From assembly GCA_048882325.1 (NCBI GenBank), contig JBHLRS010000004.1:19762-83761 (forward strand): a stretch of DNA of 64,000 bases. Reading direction: 5' to 3'. The translations under genes were made by a program, and so were the position numbers. Each line of letters begins with the position of its first letter. Within the stretch, counting starts at the first letter, position 1. Below are positions 38,345-48,140 of this stretch, one piece after another. Source of the stretch: Candidatus Thorarchaeota archaeon. Lineage in GTDB: Archaea; Asgardarchaeota; Thorarchaeia; Thorarchaeales; Thorarchaeaceae. The notes below the pieces were generated by a model, which saw only the letters and a program-made list of their open reading frames with translations, searched no databases and was not told the DNA's origin.

Positions 38345-39634
38345 TCACTCAGATCCACGAATTACTACAGCAAACTCACCAGCTAACTTGCCATACCACT
38401 CGAGCAGGTCTCTCATATTGTCCACATGACGATAACTACCATTTCCATATTGTGCAATAGCTAGCATCAATTCCTCATCTATCTCACTTCGTTCACCCAG
38501 TCCAATGGAGTAGATAACGAGTTTGTTTCGATCCGTGAATCGATCTTTTAAGACTTTGAGTGGTGGAGGTCCTGAAGTTGTCATTCCATCAGTAAGCATG
38601 ATTAACATAGTAGGTTTGTCAGGGTCTCCGAATTCCTCCATTATCTCATGGGCTTTGGCCAGAGCTGTGCCCATGTCTGTGAGTGTACCACCTTCTTCCA
38701 CTTTATCTACAACATGCGTGCTGATAATCTGCAGACCTAAAGCCTTCTCTCTGCCAGTACATTCAACAAACGGTTGAACTTCACCGGTTTCGGAGTTTAG
38801 AAAGGTCATCTCACTGACCTCTTTTTCGAAAGTAATCACTCCAACTTTCTCACCGTAACCTCGACCGACTTTCTCCGCCAAGTACAGAAGAACAGCCATT
38901 GCTGCAGCTTCTGCTCGACTAACGTTTTTGCCCTCTTCGAAACGGTTCAGGAATGCTTGAACTTCAGGACTGTCTCCAGCAAGATCTTTCAGACCTTCAC
39001 GAGCATGCGCAATGTCCTGCACTGGGACATCTGTGGTTTTCATTGAACCACTTGTATCAATGCAGAGTACTGCGTTGAAAGGCGATGCAATTCCTACTGT
39101 TTTGAACTGGTATCCAGTCCGTTCGCGAAGTGCTTCAAATGCAAGTTTGGCAAACTTCTTGCCAGCTAAATCTGGTTTTGTGTTGATTATCTCCACTTTC
39201 ACATCAAGTTCTGGCCAGTTGAATGACATACCAGGATATACCAACCGACCACCAATGATATTCTCAAGACCCGTAACTCTCTCTGCAGCTCTGGTTACTA
39301 AGTCCTCTGTATTTGCATCTTCAGTCAGTGGTTTGAGTCCAAACTCCACATATTCTAATGCAAGCATGTCTTCATCGTAGAGTGTGACTTCAACTTGGTC
39401 ACCTTCCATTAAGAGCGATGCTTCGAGAACTAAAGTATCAATGATTATGCCATCTTCGGAGGCATCCTCACTTTTTCTAATCTCAGCTGCGCCCCAGAAA
39501 CTACTTTGCGGGTCCTCGAAAATTACTATAGACCCTATATCTGCGTCCAGCTTCTTCGCAATCTTTGGATGTAGATTGGCGAATCCTCTTAGGTCTCCGC
39601 CGTCAATTATCTCCAAGGTCAGTTTCTTGGTGAT
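38345..39634 (-). CDS. Cdc48/VAT-N module fused to a VWA domain with intact MIDAS
   Basis: LDADIGSIV..GIIIDTLV..GDQVEV double-psi barrel plus CDC48_2 lobe; DTSGSM, TDMG, LTDG; start probably ATC 39634 (track: TTG 39616). Confidence 0.8.
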   Translation of the reverse strand: MTKKLTLEIIDGGDLRGFANLHPKIAKKLDADIGSIVIFEDPQSSFWGAAEIRKSEDASEDGIIIDTLVLEASLLMEGDQVEVTLYDEDMLALEYVEFGLKPLTEDANTEDLVTRAAERVTGLENIIGGRLVYPGMSFNWPELDVKVEIINTKPDLAGKKFAKLAFEALRERTGYQFKTVGIASPFNAVLCIDTSGSMKTTDVPVQDIAHAREGLKDLAGDSPEVQAFLNRFEEGKNVSRAEAAAMAVLLYLAEKVGRGYGEKVGVITFEKEVSEMTFLNSETGEVQPFVECTGREKALGLQIISTHVVDKVEEGGTLTDMGTALAKAHEIMEEFGDPDKPTMLIMLTDGMTTSGPPPLKVLKDRFTDRNKLVIYSIGLGERSEIDEELMLAIAQYGNGSYRHVDNMRDLLEWYGKLAGEFAVVIRGSE

Positions 39635-39704
39635 GGCATTTGCCTCCTCAAGTCCTTTAAGAAGTCACTCCAATTCTAGGGTTATAAAGAATTGTGAGTC
39701 AGCG

Positions 39705-41213
39705 TCAATCAAGAAGTTCGAGTATGCGTGATTTAATCTCAGAGGAAGATTGGACAGTCTGTGAATGGTCTGAGATTGATCTTAGTAGAACCTGTCCAAG
39801 TTTCTGGGATGCGTTCTCCAGGGTTTCCAACCGAGTCATACCCTGTGTGGCTAAGAGTGCGCAACTGAAGTAATCACCAGGACGTCTTCGCATCCACATA
39901 TGCTGCTCCCTGGTTTTGTCTTTGGATTTCAAGGTAAGTACATACGAGTCGAAATCGACTCCATTAAACCACCCCTCAGACCTGGATACTGGTTCAGGCC
40001 ACGTACCAATTGGAGGAATCATAAAGTCAAGCGAGCTGAGGTCCCAAGGCCCCTCTGCTATAATATCTACAACAGATTGCTCAAGGTCACGTTGAATGGT
40101 GAATGATTTATCTCTGCAGACATACTCTACAGGTGTACTTGAAATTCCTGTAGATGTTCTAAAGGGACTATTAACAAGCGATAGTGTATTGCCTGCGAGA
40201 ACTCGTTGCGCATCAGCTAATGTGCCAGGGAATTCCCTGGATAAAAGGAAAAGAATGATGTCCATTGCTTGCACTGATAAGAAACTGTAGTCGGTTCCAA
40301 AGAGTATCTTTTCTGACCATTCTTGTTGTGAGGCATTTAGTCTCTCACTTGCGGATTCAAAAAGGACAGGTACATCTCTATCATGAAGTGTTGAGGTTTC
40401 AGCAAAAATCAGAGGGTCTTTTAATGCTTCGTACAGACGAGAGTCCCCTGGAGCCATTCCACAGTGCGCAAGTATAACTCTTAGACCCTTTATTGCGGTT
40501 CCGCAGTCAGGGTCATTTCGCATGGAGTCTACAAGGCGTTTAATACGAACAACTGTGCGAATGTTTCGTGTATCAAAGATTACAGGAATTCCCAACTCTC
40601 CAGCTCGTTTCACAACCTCACGAGGTTCATTCTTTTCGATGGAATCAACAAAGAGCTGAGCCAGAGGATGAAGCTTCAACCCTCTGAGTCCAAGCGTTTG
40701 TACTGCTCGTTCAAGTTCTTCCACAGCTACTGGCAGTCCGTTGTTAGAACCATCCAGCGGATTAACTCGTGCAAAACCAATCAAACGGGAAGAATGTGGC
40801 GCTCTAGTTGTCCATGATGCTATTTTATCATTTGATATCTGAAATGATGGTTCCCCCTTTTTACTGGGCATTGAATAATCATCAGTGTACGGAAATACGA
40901 TTGTTCGATCAACAAGCCAGCCATGATTCAATCGTTCCCAGTTCGCCTTACTTTGGAATAGCTGTTGAGCAAGATTAGGAGCTTCAACGCCCACAGGTTC
41001 AAACAACAGCCGATCTTCTTCTAAGAGAGTCTTCACTGTTTTTTGGATTTCAAACCAGAGCTGAGCATAGAAATCATACGCACCAGCAGGAGTGTTCTTG
41101 TGTCCTTTCTCTCGGCCCATATGATGATGAGCATCCACGATGTACAGACGAAACTGATCACCCCTACTTATTCCACGGTTGGGTATATTCTCAAGAGCTC
41201 GAACGACGAGCAT
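39705..41213 (-). CDS. Amidohydrolase_2 family metallohydrolase with extra C-terminal domain
   Basis: DAHHHMG, GLKLHP, ILAHCG, LFGTDY, LAGN. Confidence 0.85.
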   Translation of the reverse strand: MLVVRALENIPNRGISRGDQFRLYIVDAHHHMGREKGHKNTPAGAYDFYAQLWFEIQKTVKTLLEEDRLLFEPVGVEAPNLAQQLFQSKANWERLNHGWLVDRTIVFPYTDDYSMPSKKGEPSFQISNDKIASWTTRAPHSSRLIGFARVNPLDGSNNGLPVAVEELERAVQTLGLRGLKLHPLAQLFVDSIEKNEPREVVKRAGELGIPVIFDTRNIRTVVRIKRLVDSMRNDPDCGTAIKGLRVILAHCGMAPGDSRLYEALKDPLIFAETSTLHDRDVPVLFESASERLNASQQEWSEKILFGTDYSFLSVQAMDIILFLLSREFPGTLADAQRVLAGNTLSLVNSPFRTSTGISSTPVEYVCRDKSFTIQRDLEQSVVDIIAEGPWDLSSLDFMIPPIGTWPEPVSRSEGWFNGVDFDSYVLTLKSKDKTREQHMWMRRRPGDYFSCALLATQGMTRLETLENASQKLGQVLLRSISDHSQTVQSSSEIKSRILELLD

Positions 41214-41341
41214 AAATGGTCAGTTCCTCCAGAATGAGGGTTATTCTACATTGGTGATAAAGTATTGCCTCATAGAAATCGGCACTATGCATATATCGAC
41301 TTCCGTTGACGTTCAGATAGGTATTTCCGGAGACATGCAGT

Positions 41342-43993
41342 ATGATTGTTGTCGAAGACACTGAAGCAAATGAGATTCACCGCTTTCTTGTCGTTGACAG
41401 TTCAATTCAGCTTGGCATCGTTCGCGCTGGAGCCAACATTCGTACATTTGATCCTGATAGAGCGTTTGGATTTTACAGCATGGTTGAAAGTCAACTGCAT
41501 GATTTCTCAGCACAATATCCGGGAGCATTCAAATATCTTCCAAGAAGAGTCTATGATTATTTGAGAAAACCGAAGTTACTCGGCGAATTCTATCACGAAT
41601 CATCATCACAAGCGAATTGGATCGCAGACTATCTTATTGTAAAACCACTGATTGGCATTGGTGACACAATGCTCCCTACTCTTCAACAGAACGCAAATGC
41701 AGAGTCAATTTATAGATGGTCAATAGTTCCCCCTTACAGTCCAAGATTGTTGCATCTCCAAGATATGCGACTCGATAGGAGAACAGAGCAAGGGTGGGGA
41801 TGTGTTCTTAGTGCTCAGGACCTGAAATATATCCTGAAGGGATCCAATCGGAAAGACTTGATTGATTCCATTAAAACAGGAAAGCCAATCTTCGTTCAGC
41901 TCGGACCAGTTTCTGAACTAGATCCCCTTCTTGAATGGTTGGTTCTTCTAAAGCAGGCTGGGCTCAAGACACCAAATCTGATACTTAGTGTTAAGAACCA
42001 CAAAGAATGGGGAAAGGAAATCACACGTTTACTTGATGTTCCGGGTAGTCGTGTCTTGACTTCTGGAGCTACAATATCGTCTTTATCAACTATCATTCGA
42101 CATATGAGAAAACAACAGAGTGACATCAATTGGTCTAAGAGATTGATATTCGCATCATCTTACCCTGAGACCCAATTTGGAGATAGTGTGTCAGAGGTCT
42201 TCAGCTATCTTTTGAGTCGGAATTTGGCTGCGGAGCCTGAAGAGATTCAACGGATTTTAGGTGGAAACATTCTCACTCTTCTTCCACCACGACCAGCGTT
42301 TCTGGTCTACGAAGACAACAATGCTTCTGTTGTGGCTGAAGAAAGTCTTGGAAAAGCTGCAATGAACGAGCTTGCTAGAATTCTGCAGTTACTTGATGCC
42401 CGAAAGACCCTTGGTGTGGTTTCGCTAGACTATATGATTGATAGCGATGGCGGGAGAGTCCATCTTGATAGTGCTGTATTATCATTAAAGAGCCCAGCAT
42501 CACCCAAAGCAACAAGTCTTGTTGTTCTGCTTGAGAAGAATGGATCTGTGTTGGTTTCTGGATGGAAACAGGCTTTTTCAGACAGCCTCATCTCACGTGA
42601 TGGTGTGCTACTCGACACACTAGTCCGTGCTAATGCAAAATTGGAGGGACCAATCTATGGGTCTCCCGCACATCTCACTCGTTTTGATCAAGCGCTTCTA
42701 ACCTGTCTTCAGGTGGAGAATCCCAAAGAGATTCTCTCAGCACTTCACTTTGGAGTTGAGATAGCAAAATCTGAACCAGGTATCTTCTTCATGTGTAATA
42801 ATGATATGTCTGCACTGGAAATCGTGTCTGGAGATTACCTCCTTGCATTGGATTCAAGTACTGGAAGATGGGCTGCTGGTGAAGCAAGACAACATCCAAG
42901 GTGTGGCGAGAGGTCCATTGTTGTCTCTGAGTCAGATGCTTCTCTTTTTGGTTTTCGAAACTCATCTGTGGTGAATCTTGTGAAATATGAGAACGATATC
43001 GTTGACATTTCCAACGCTGTTTTCTCATTTACTGCTCCAAACAATCTTGACAACGCAGAACTCACATCATTCATTCATCTTCATGATAAGGAGATTCGAA
43101 ACACAATCGATGGAACCTTAGTCGGACTGGACACTCGGCTTAGTGTAGGAAGTGAGGCAACAGAAGTCAATCTATGTTTAGAGAACTCGTTGCCTCAGCT
43201 GCAATCTGGACAAGTTGGAAGACTAAAAGAGGAAACAGCCGAATTCAGACCTCAGCAGGCATTTCGTGAGATCAATTTGATTGTATGCGTTTCCAAAGGA
43301 ATGAAGATGAAGACGAAGGATGTATCTCTAAAAACGTTGCATGCAGCAAGAAGTCAGCTTAGTTCGCTGACAAGGAAAGTCCCAGAATTAGTATCGTTCA
43401 TTGATAGACTACGAAAAACTGTTTCACGATCTCAGATTGCTGCCTTGACAGCCCTCACGATTGTAAACATATTGATACACAACCGAACTGAAGGGAGACT
43501 TGCACTCGTAACTTTTGGGGAAACATCAGAGAAGTTCTCAATACAAAGAGGAAAGGAAGTACAAACATATGTTGAGTTCTTTGAGGATTTGCAATCGGAG
43601 GAAGTTCTCATTTCACTGATTTATTCCATCATGGATGCGATAGAAGATGTTGATGGACATGAAGATATGGCAGGAGCTTATCGATCAGTTGCAGAGTATT
43701 TGGAAGACTTCGGCCCAGAAAGACCCACATTAGCAATTGTGCTAAGCAATGGTGTCGGACACTATGATGAAGAGCATCTCTCATTTCTTCGTGCAATCTC
43801 TGAATACGATAGATATCAGCTCGACATTCTTACTCTGGGGAAAAACGGCGACATGAAGAGTAGCTTGAGGATGTTGAAGGGACTGAATTCTCGGGTACTA
43901 CCTGTCGAATCTTTTTCAAACCATGCATTTACGGGATATTTGCTTAACACAATTGAATTATTGACTCGGGGCGTTACTGAGCACCAGTTCTGA
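41342..43993 (+). CDS. Inactive amidohydrolase plus Cdc48-N module plus degenerate VWA fusion
   Basis: DSSIQLG (lost HxH), LIFASSYP, ILGGN; MSALEIVSGDY..SIVVSESDASLFG..VVNLV barrel; VWA strands LIVCVSKG, LALVTFG, IVLSNG. Confidence 0.7.
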   Translation: MIVVEDTEANEIHRFLVVDSSIQLGIVRAGANIRTFDPDRAFGFYSMVESQLHDFSAQYPGAFKYLPRRVYDYLRKPKLLGEFYHESSSQANWIADYLIVKPLIGIGDTMLPTLQQNANAESIYRWSIVPPYSPRLLHLQDMRLDRRTEQGWGCVLSAQDLKYILKGSNRKDLIDSIKTGKPIFVQLGPVSELDPLLEWLVLLKQAGLKTPNLILSVKNHKEWGKEITRLLDVPGSRVLTSGATISSLSTIIRHMRKQQSDINWSKRLIFASSYPETQFGDSVSEVFSYLLSRNLAAEPEEIQRILGGNILTLLPPRPAFLVYEDNNASVVAEESLGKAAMNELARILQLLDARKTLGVVSLDYMIDSDGGRVHLDSAVLSLKSPASPKATSLVVLLEKNGSVLVSGWKQAFSDSLISRDGVLLDTLVRANAKLEGPIYGSPAHLTRFDQALLTCLQVENPKEILSALHFGVEIAKSEPGIFFMCNNDMSALEIVSGDYLLALDSSTGRWAAGEARQHPRCGERSIVVSESDASLFGFRNSSVVNLVKYENDIVDISNAVFSFTAPNNLDNAELTSFIHLHDKEIRNTIDGTLVGLDTRLSVGSEATEVNLCLENSLPQLQSGQVGRLKEETAEFRPQQAFREINLIVCVSKGMKMKTKDVSLKTLHAARSQLSSLTRKVPELVSFIDRLRKTVSRSQIAALTALTIVNILIHNRTEGRLALVTFGETSEKFSIQRGKEVQTYVEFFEDLQSEEVLISLIYSIMDAIEDVDGHEDMAGAYRSVAEYLEDFGPERPTLAIVLSNGVGHYDEEHLSFLRAISEYDRYQLDILTLGKNGDMKSSLRMLKGLNSRVLPVESFSNHAFTGYLLNTIELLTRGVTEHQF

Positions 43994-44225
43994 GTCTAAA
44001 ACCCATGTGTTCAATGGCGGAAAGTCTCATCTCGAGTTTGTCGATTTCAACTTCTATCTGGTCAACTAGGGTCTGAATAGCGTTTATTCGTTTCAGAATT
44101 AGACTGAGTGATTCGGGGTCCTCGGAACTGCTGAGTTTTTTGGTTGAACTCATTATCGCTTCAAGGTCTTTGATTCGTTTCCCAAGAATAATAAGTTCCT
44201 TTGAAAAGCCCATGTCATCACTCAC
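43974..44225 (-). CDS. Small coiled-coil protein
   Basis: Heptad pattern over 83 aa. Confidence 0.65.
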   Translation of the reverse strand: MSDDMGFSKELIILGKRIKDLEAIMSSTKKLSSSEDPESLSLILKRINAIQTLVDQIEVEIDKLEMRLSAIEHMGFRLRTGAQ

Positions 44226-44243
44226 TTGTCTTACACATCCGAC

Positions 44244-45365
44244 TCATATTCGCAGTTTCTTCAATCTCTTCTCAAGATCACCCAATCGATTGGATAACGA
44301 CTCAATTCGCTCAATGTTCTCAACCAATCGAGACTGAAGTATATCCATTGTTCCACGGGCAGTTCCAGAAACTTCTGTTCCATCTGTGGAGGACTTCAAA
44401 CTTGATTCCAGTAAATCTATTCGTCTTGTTAAGTCTGCAATAGAAGGAACATCTGATTTAGTTTGAGATGATTTAGGGATACTTGAAACAGATTTTCGTG
44501 GTTCGACAGTCACTTCTCGAACAGGTTTGGGAGGTTTGATGCTTTCCCCTGCATCAATCCAGAGAGGATTCAAGTATTTCATTGCCAGTGAGTCAAGATT
44601 ATCGTGATTGAAGGTCATGAAGGCGGCGATTCTTTGAGGTTGATCCCAGAAACATGCATCTATTGACTTGCGACCTATGAATACTAGTGTAGCAATTCCA
44701 TTGGAGGTCCCCTTGAAAAGTTCGAGTCCAGTTAACCACCTTGTGAGTAAAGCAGCAAGTTTTGGAATTCGATTAGAGGTTCCATGCTGTAATTCTATAC
44801 TCTCTGAGGAGGGACTGAGTAATGCATCCTTCATCCATTCTGACATTTTGACTTGCTTTTTGGGGAGGGCAAAAACTGTCATCTCATCGATAGAGCCTTC
44901 TGAAACGTCTGATCTGAGCTGCTCAACGTAATCTAAGTTGGGTTCATGAAATGCTTTAGATGTCTTTCTACTCAAAGCGAATTGAAGAAGGAGTTTGATT
45001 ATTTCAAGAGGGGATGTCTTCTGAATTTGAAAAGCGACTAGTGTCTGAGAGTTTCCCTGTTTGTAGACCAACCCCACGAATTTACTAGAAACCAGACCTT
45101 TTGATCCTATGATGACTAAAGCGACTTCCTGTCCGTCCTCACGGTCTCTTGCAAGTCGGGCAAATCGATCTGCTGGAATCACGAGCGTTTCTTGATTCAT
45201 TTTGTCTCTTAATTTTCCAGTCATACCTTTCGACAAGAGACCCTGTTCAATCCAACCTGTCTTTAATGGTCCATTAGTCAGTTTTGAGTGAATATAGCTG
45301 GATACCTGTCCGCTATGGAACAACGCTTGTAAGTGGGTGGCTATATCATTACTCAACTGAATCAC
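44244..45365 (-). CDS. Hypothetical protein with C-terminal coiled coils
   Basis: 373 aa, start overlaps the upstream stop (ATGA); LTRRIDLLE, LSNRLGDLEKRL. Confidence 0.75.
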   Translation of the reverse strand: MIQLSNDIATHLQALFHSGQVSSYIHSKLTNGPLKTGWIEQGLLSKGMTGKLRDKMNQETLVIPADRFARLARDREDGQEVALVIIGSKGLVSSKFVGLVYKQGNSQTLVAFQIQKTSPLEIIKLLLQFALSRKTSKAFHEPNLDYVEQLRSDVSEGSIDEMTVFALPKKQVKMSEWMKDALLSPSSESIELQHGTSNRIPKLAALLTRWLTGLELFKGTSNGIATLVFIGRKSIDACFWDQPQRIAAFMTFNHDNLDSLAMKYLNPLWIDAGESIKPPKPVREVTVEPRKSVSSIPKSSQTKSDVPSIADLTRRIDLLESSLKSSTDGTEVSGTARGTMDILQSRLVENIERIESLSNRLGDLEKRLKKLRI

Positions 45366-46507
45366 CCGGATGTTCTTGATATTTCATTGAGAGCATCCAC
45401 GACTAAGTTCATCCTATCAACACTAGTCAAATGGATAGCAATCCCATTTCCTTCCTTAGCAATGGCACTCATAATGTCTGCGGCGGAACTTTCTCCAACT
45501 GAAACACAAAGAAGCTTGGTTGCTTGATCGCCTATATTTGTGCGAGTCATCTTGACTGGGTTTTGACCAGCTGAGTGGACTCCACTGGAGAAGAGAATAA
45601 TCGTTGATGGGAAACTATTGCCTTCATTCAATGCTGATGACCGGTCTAATGCATACTTCAACGCAGCTCCAGGATTGGAGGGTCTGTTCGAATACTCATC
45701 TAGAGCAGTATCAAACCAATTCCTGAAAGCAGCAATGAGAGAAGCTGAATCTAGAGTGGTTATCTCCTTTTCATCACCAGTTTCAGAATCAAAAGTAATG
45801 AAAGGATGAACTTCATCAGAAAAAGCAATTCCCATGAACCGTAGATTTTTGTCATAAATCAGATGCTGTTCTACAACCTCGAGGGCACTAATGATAGCTT
45901 GATGACGTGAAATGCTTTCACCATCATTGTTTTCTTGATTCTGAACATCAGCAATTTGGGTTGCAGCTGCAACTTCAGCTATAATGCACAGATTGCTTGG
46001 TTGATGTTCAACAGCCCCAAGATGAATTTTGATAAGTTCACTCCATCTAATCCGAGCTAACTGAGTTGAAGTGTCAAGTGGTTTCATCGATCGAACCACA
46101 AGAGCAACTCTCAATTCAGGCAAGACCAGTTCTTGTCCTAGTTGTAAGACAAGTCCATCAAAATGCTCTTGGAAATCATCAATTCTCTTAGAGATCGCTG
46201 TAGCGATTGTGTGAGTTTGGAGGTCTCTATTTGAAACCACATCCAGATGAATTTCAGTGCATAGAGGAGGATTTACCGATAATGGAATCACAGTGACCTC
46301 ATCACCCTCGTCGCAACCTAGCAAATCGAAAACACGTGAGTCGAAAATGATGATTCCATCAGGAACCTTTGCTGAAATCCTAATATCCGAATAAGTGGAA
46401 TTCGTTTCTGTCGAGATTTTACAGGTTTCAATAGATGGGACAACAGAGTCAGAAGGCACAAAACAGAGACCCTGTTGATTTCGTCCCCGTCTTGCGCGCA
46501 ATTTCAA
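45362..46507 (-). CDS. Cdc48-N module fused to a degenerate VWA domain
   Basis: VPDGIIIFDSRVFDLLGCDEGDEVTV; EVAAAT in place of DxSxS; FSSG; TTG start after AGGAGGAG. Confidence 0.75.
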   Translation of the reverse strand: MKLRARRGRNQQGLCFVPSDSVVPSIETCKISTETNSTYSDIRISAKVPDGIIIFDSRVFDLLGCDEGDEVTVIPLSVNPPLCTEIHLDVVSNRDLQTHTIATAISKRIDDFQEHFDGLVLQLGQELVLPELRVALVVRSMKPLDTSTQLARIRWSELIKIHLGAVEHQPSNLCIIAEVAAATQIADVQNQENNDGESISRHQAIISALEVVEQHLIYDKNLRFMGIAFSDEVHPFITFDSETGDEKEITTLDSASLIAAFRNWFDTALDEYSNRPSNPGAALKYALDRSSALNEGNSFPSTIILFSSGVHSAGQNPVKMTRTNIGDQATKLLCVSVGESSAADIMSAIAKEGNGIAIHLTSVDRMNLVVDALNEISRTSG

Positions 46508-46520
46508 AAAGACTCCTCCT

Positions 46521-47663
46521 TTAGTAGATCCGGGTATTATAGATCTTAGTTGCCACTGAGCGAGAACCGTAGAACACCTCAATCCTTAGACTTGCTTTAC
46601 CCTTTGTGTCTGTCATTGGTACAAGTTTCAGTTCGACCTTTTTATCAGACTTTGGTCCGATATCATGATGTTCATTTGTAACCTCAGAAACACCGTCAGA
46701 TGTCACCAATGATGCGATTACACGAATGCCGACTACAGTCTGACTTGGATTTTTAACTCTCAAATCATAATTGAAAGCTTTCCCAGCTACGATGTTGTTA
46801 GGGACTTCACCCAAGCTCACAATGAGGCCCATCTGAGAAGGAGAAAGAGGTTTTCCTTTAGGCCAACGAGTGATCCGTCCCAGTTCAAGAAGTCGGGACA
46901 GCGAAGTTTTCAGTTCTCTCAATTCTAAATCCAGATGGGGTGCTGCTTCACCCATATCAAAGGTGCCATCATTTGCTTCATAGTAAGATAGAACCTTTCG
47001 GTCTGCTTCAATAAGGTCGCTCACGCCCTCGAGTATTTGCAGGATTGCCTCAGGAAGTTCATGTGCCTCCAAGAGTGAATAATATTTCCCGCCCTCAACT
47101 GAAGCAGCTATCTTCCTGAATGACTCTTCAACAAGTGGATTGCAACCACATACAAAAATGAATACAGTACTTCCAAAATCAGTTCTAAGTTGTTGAACTT
47201 CCTGAATAGGATCATGCCCCTTCGGGCAACCCTCGGGAAAATAGTCATCACCAATACTGTTGTACAACTTTCCGTGTGGTGGAGCATCACCTACTAGAAG
47301 AAGGACCTTGTATGCATCACGTTCCCAAGACAATTTTGTCCTTGCATCATATAGACCATCAGCAACAGCCTCAGGGGTGTCCCCGCCCTCAGATGGCCGT
47401 AGCTCCGAGATTAGCTTGTGAACTCGTTTTATTTTCTCTGTGAAATCATGTACTCTCGTGACATATGATCTGTCTTGAGGAGGATGGTCGCGATATGAAA
47501 CAATACCAAATCGAATCTCTAGTCCTTCTGTGCGACTCGTGATATGTCCAACGATCTCAAAAAGACTATCCTTGACTGCCTTGATATCGTCCTTCATCGA
47601 CCCGGTTGTGTCAACTACAAATGCTACGTCTAGTTTGGTGGAGGCCAGCCCAATCCTCTCCAA
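46521..47663 (-). CDS. VWA (intact MIDAS) plus winged helix plus Ig-like domain protein
   Basis: DVAFVVDTTGSM, YRDHPPQD, GGDTPEAV, GDAPPH; LKTSLSRLLELGRI wHTH; terminal beta-sandwich. Confidence 0.85.
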   Translation of the reverse strand: MERIGLASTKLDVAFVVDTTGSMKDDIKAVKDSLFEIVGHITSRTEGLEIRFGIVSYRDHPPQDRSYVTRVHDFTEKIKRVHKLISELRPSEGGDTPEAVADGLYDARTKLSWERDAYKVLLLVGDAPPHGKLYNSIGDDYFPEGCPKGHDPIQEVQQLRTDFGSTVFIFVCGCNPLVEESFRKIAASVEGGKYYSLLEAHELPEAILQILEGVSDLIEADRKVLSYYEANDGTFDMGEAAPHLDLELRELKTSLSRLLELGRITRWPKGKPLSPSQMGLIVSLGEVPNNIVAGKAFNYDLRVKNPSQTVVGIRVIASLVTSDGVSEVTNEHHDIGPKSDKKVELKLVPMTDTKGKASLRIEVFYGSRSVATKIYNTRIY

Positions 47664-47746
47664 GTCAAGCTTGATTCATGCCCAATTAAGCCTTTGCTGC
47701 TAGGCATAGCGTAGAAGATTTTAGGACCATTAACAGTTGAAACAGT

Positions 47747-48136
47747 ATGTACGATATGAGTGATACTGATCTTCAGATAGAGTTTGTATTCGAAGGAGAA
47801 CTCGTTCTGAAGGGTATCATAAACAGAATCTATGCTCCATTGATTGTTGAAGAGATCAAATCTAGACTGCCCTTGGAGGGTAGAACTGCCCTTATGCGTG
47901 ATGAAATGAAAATCACACTAGGGATATCTAAAGGTAATGCGAAACCTACGAATGATGTCAAGAAAGCCGATATTGCATATCAACCCCTAGGTGACTCATT
48001 GGACATCTACCTAAGTGATAAGCGGACATTTAGTCAGGTGAACGTAATAGGAAGGATAACATCCGACGAATCAGAACTTGATGCCCTAGTTGGTGTTCGG
48101 AGAGGGAGCCTAGTCACAATTCGATTGGTAGAATGA
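47747..48136 (+). CDS. Cyclophilin-like fold protein (DUF369/TM1367 type)
   Basis: APLIVEEI..LP, DIAYQPLG, VNVIGRI. Confidence 0.75.
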   Translation: MYDMSDTDLQIEFVFEGELVLKGIINRIYAPLIVEEIKSRLPLEGRTALMRDEMKITLGISKGNAKPTNDVKKADIAYQPLGDSLDIYLSDKRTFSQVNVIGRITSDESELDALVGVRRGSLVTIRLVE

Positions 48137-48140
48137 GTAT

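Noticed and set aside
46508-46582. Extended N-terminus of the 406-aa ORF
   Set aside because: Overlaps the upstream gene; a strong SD supports TTG at 46507
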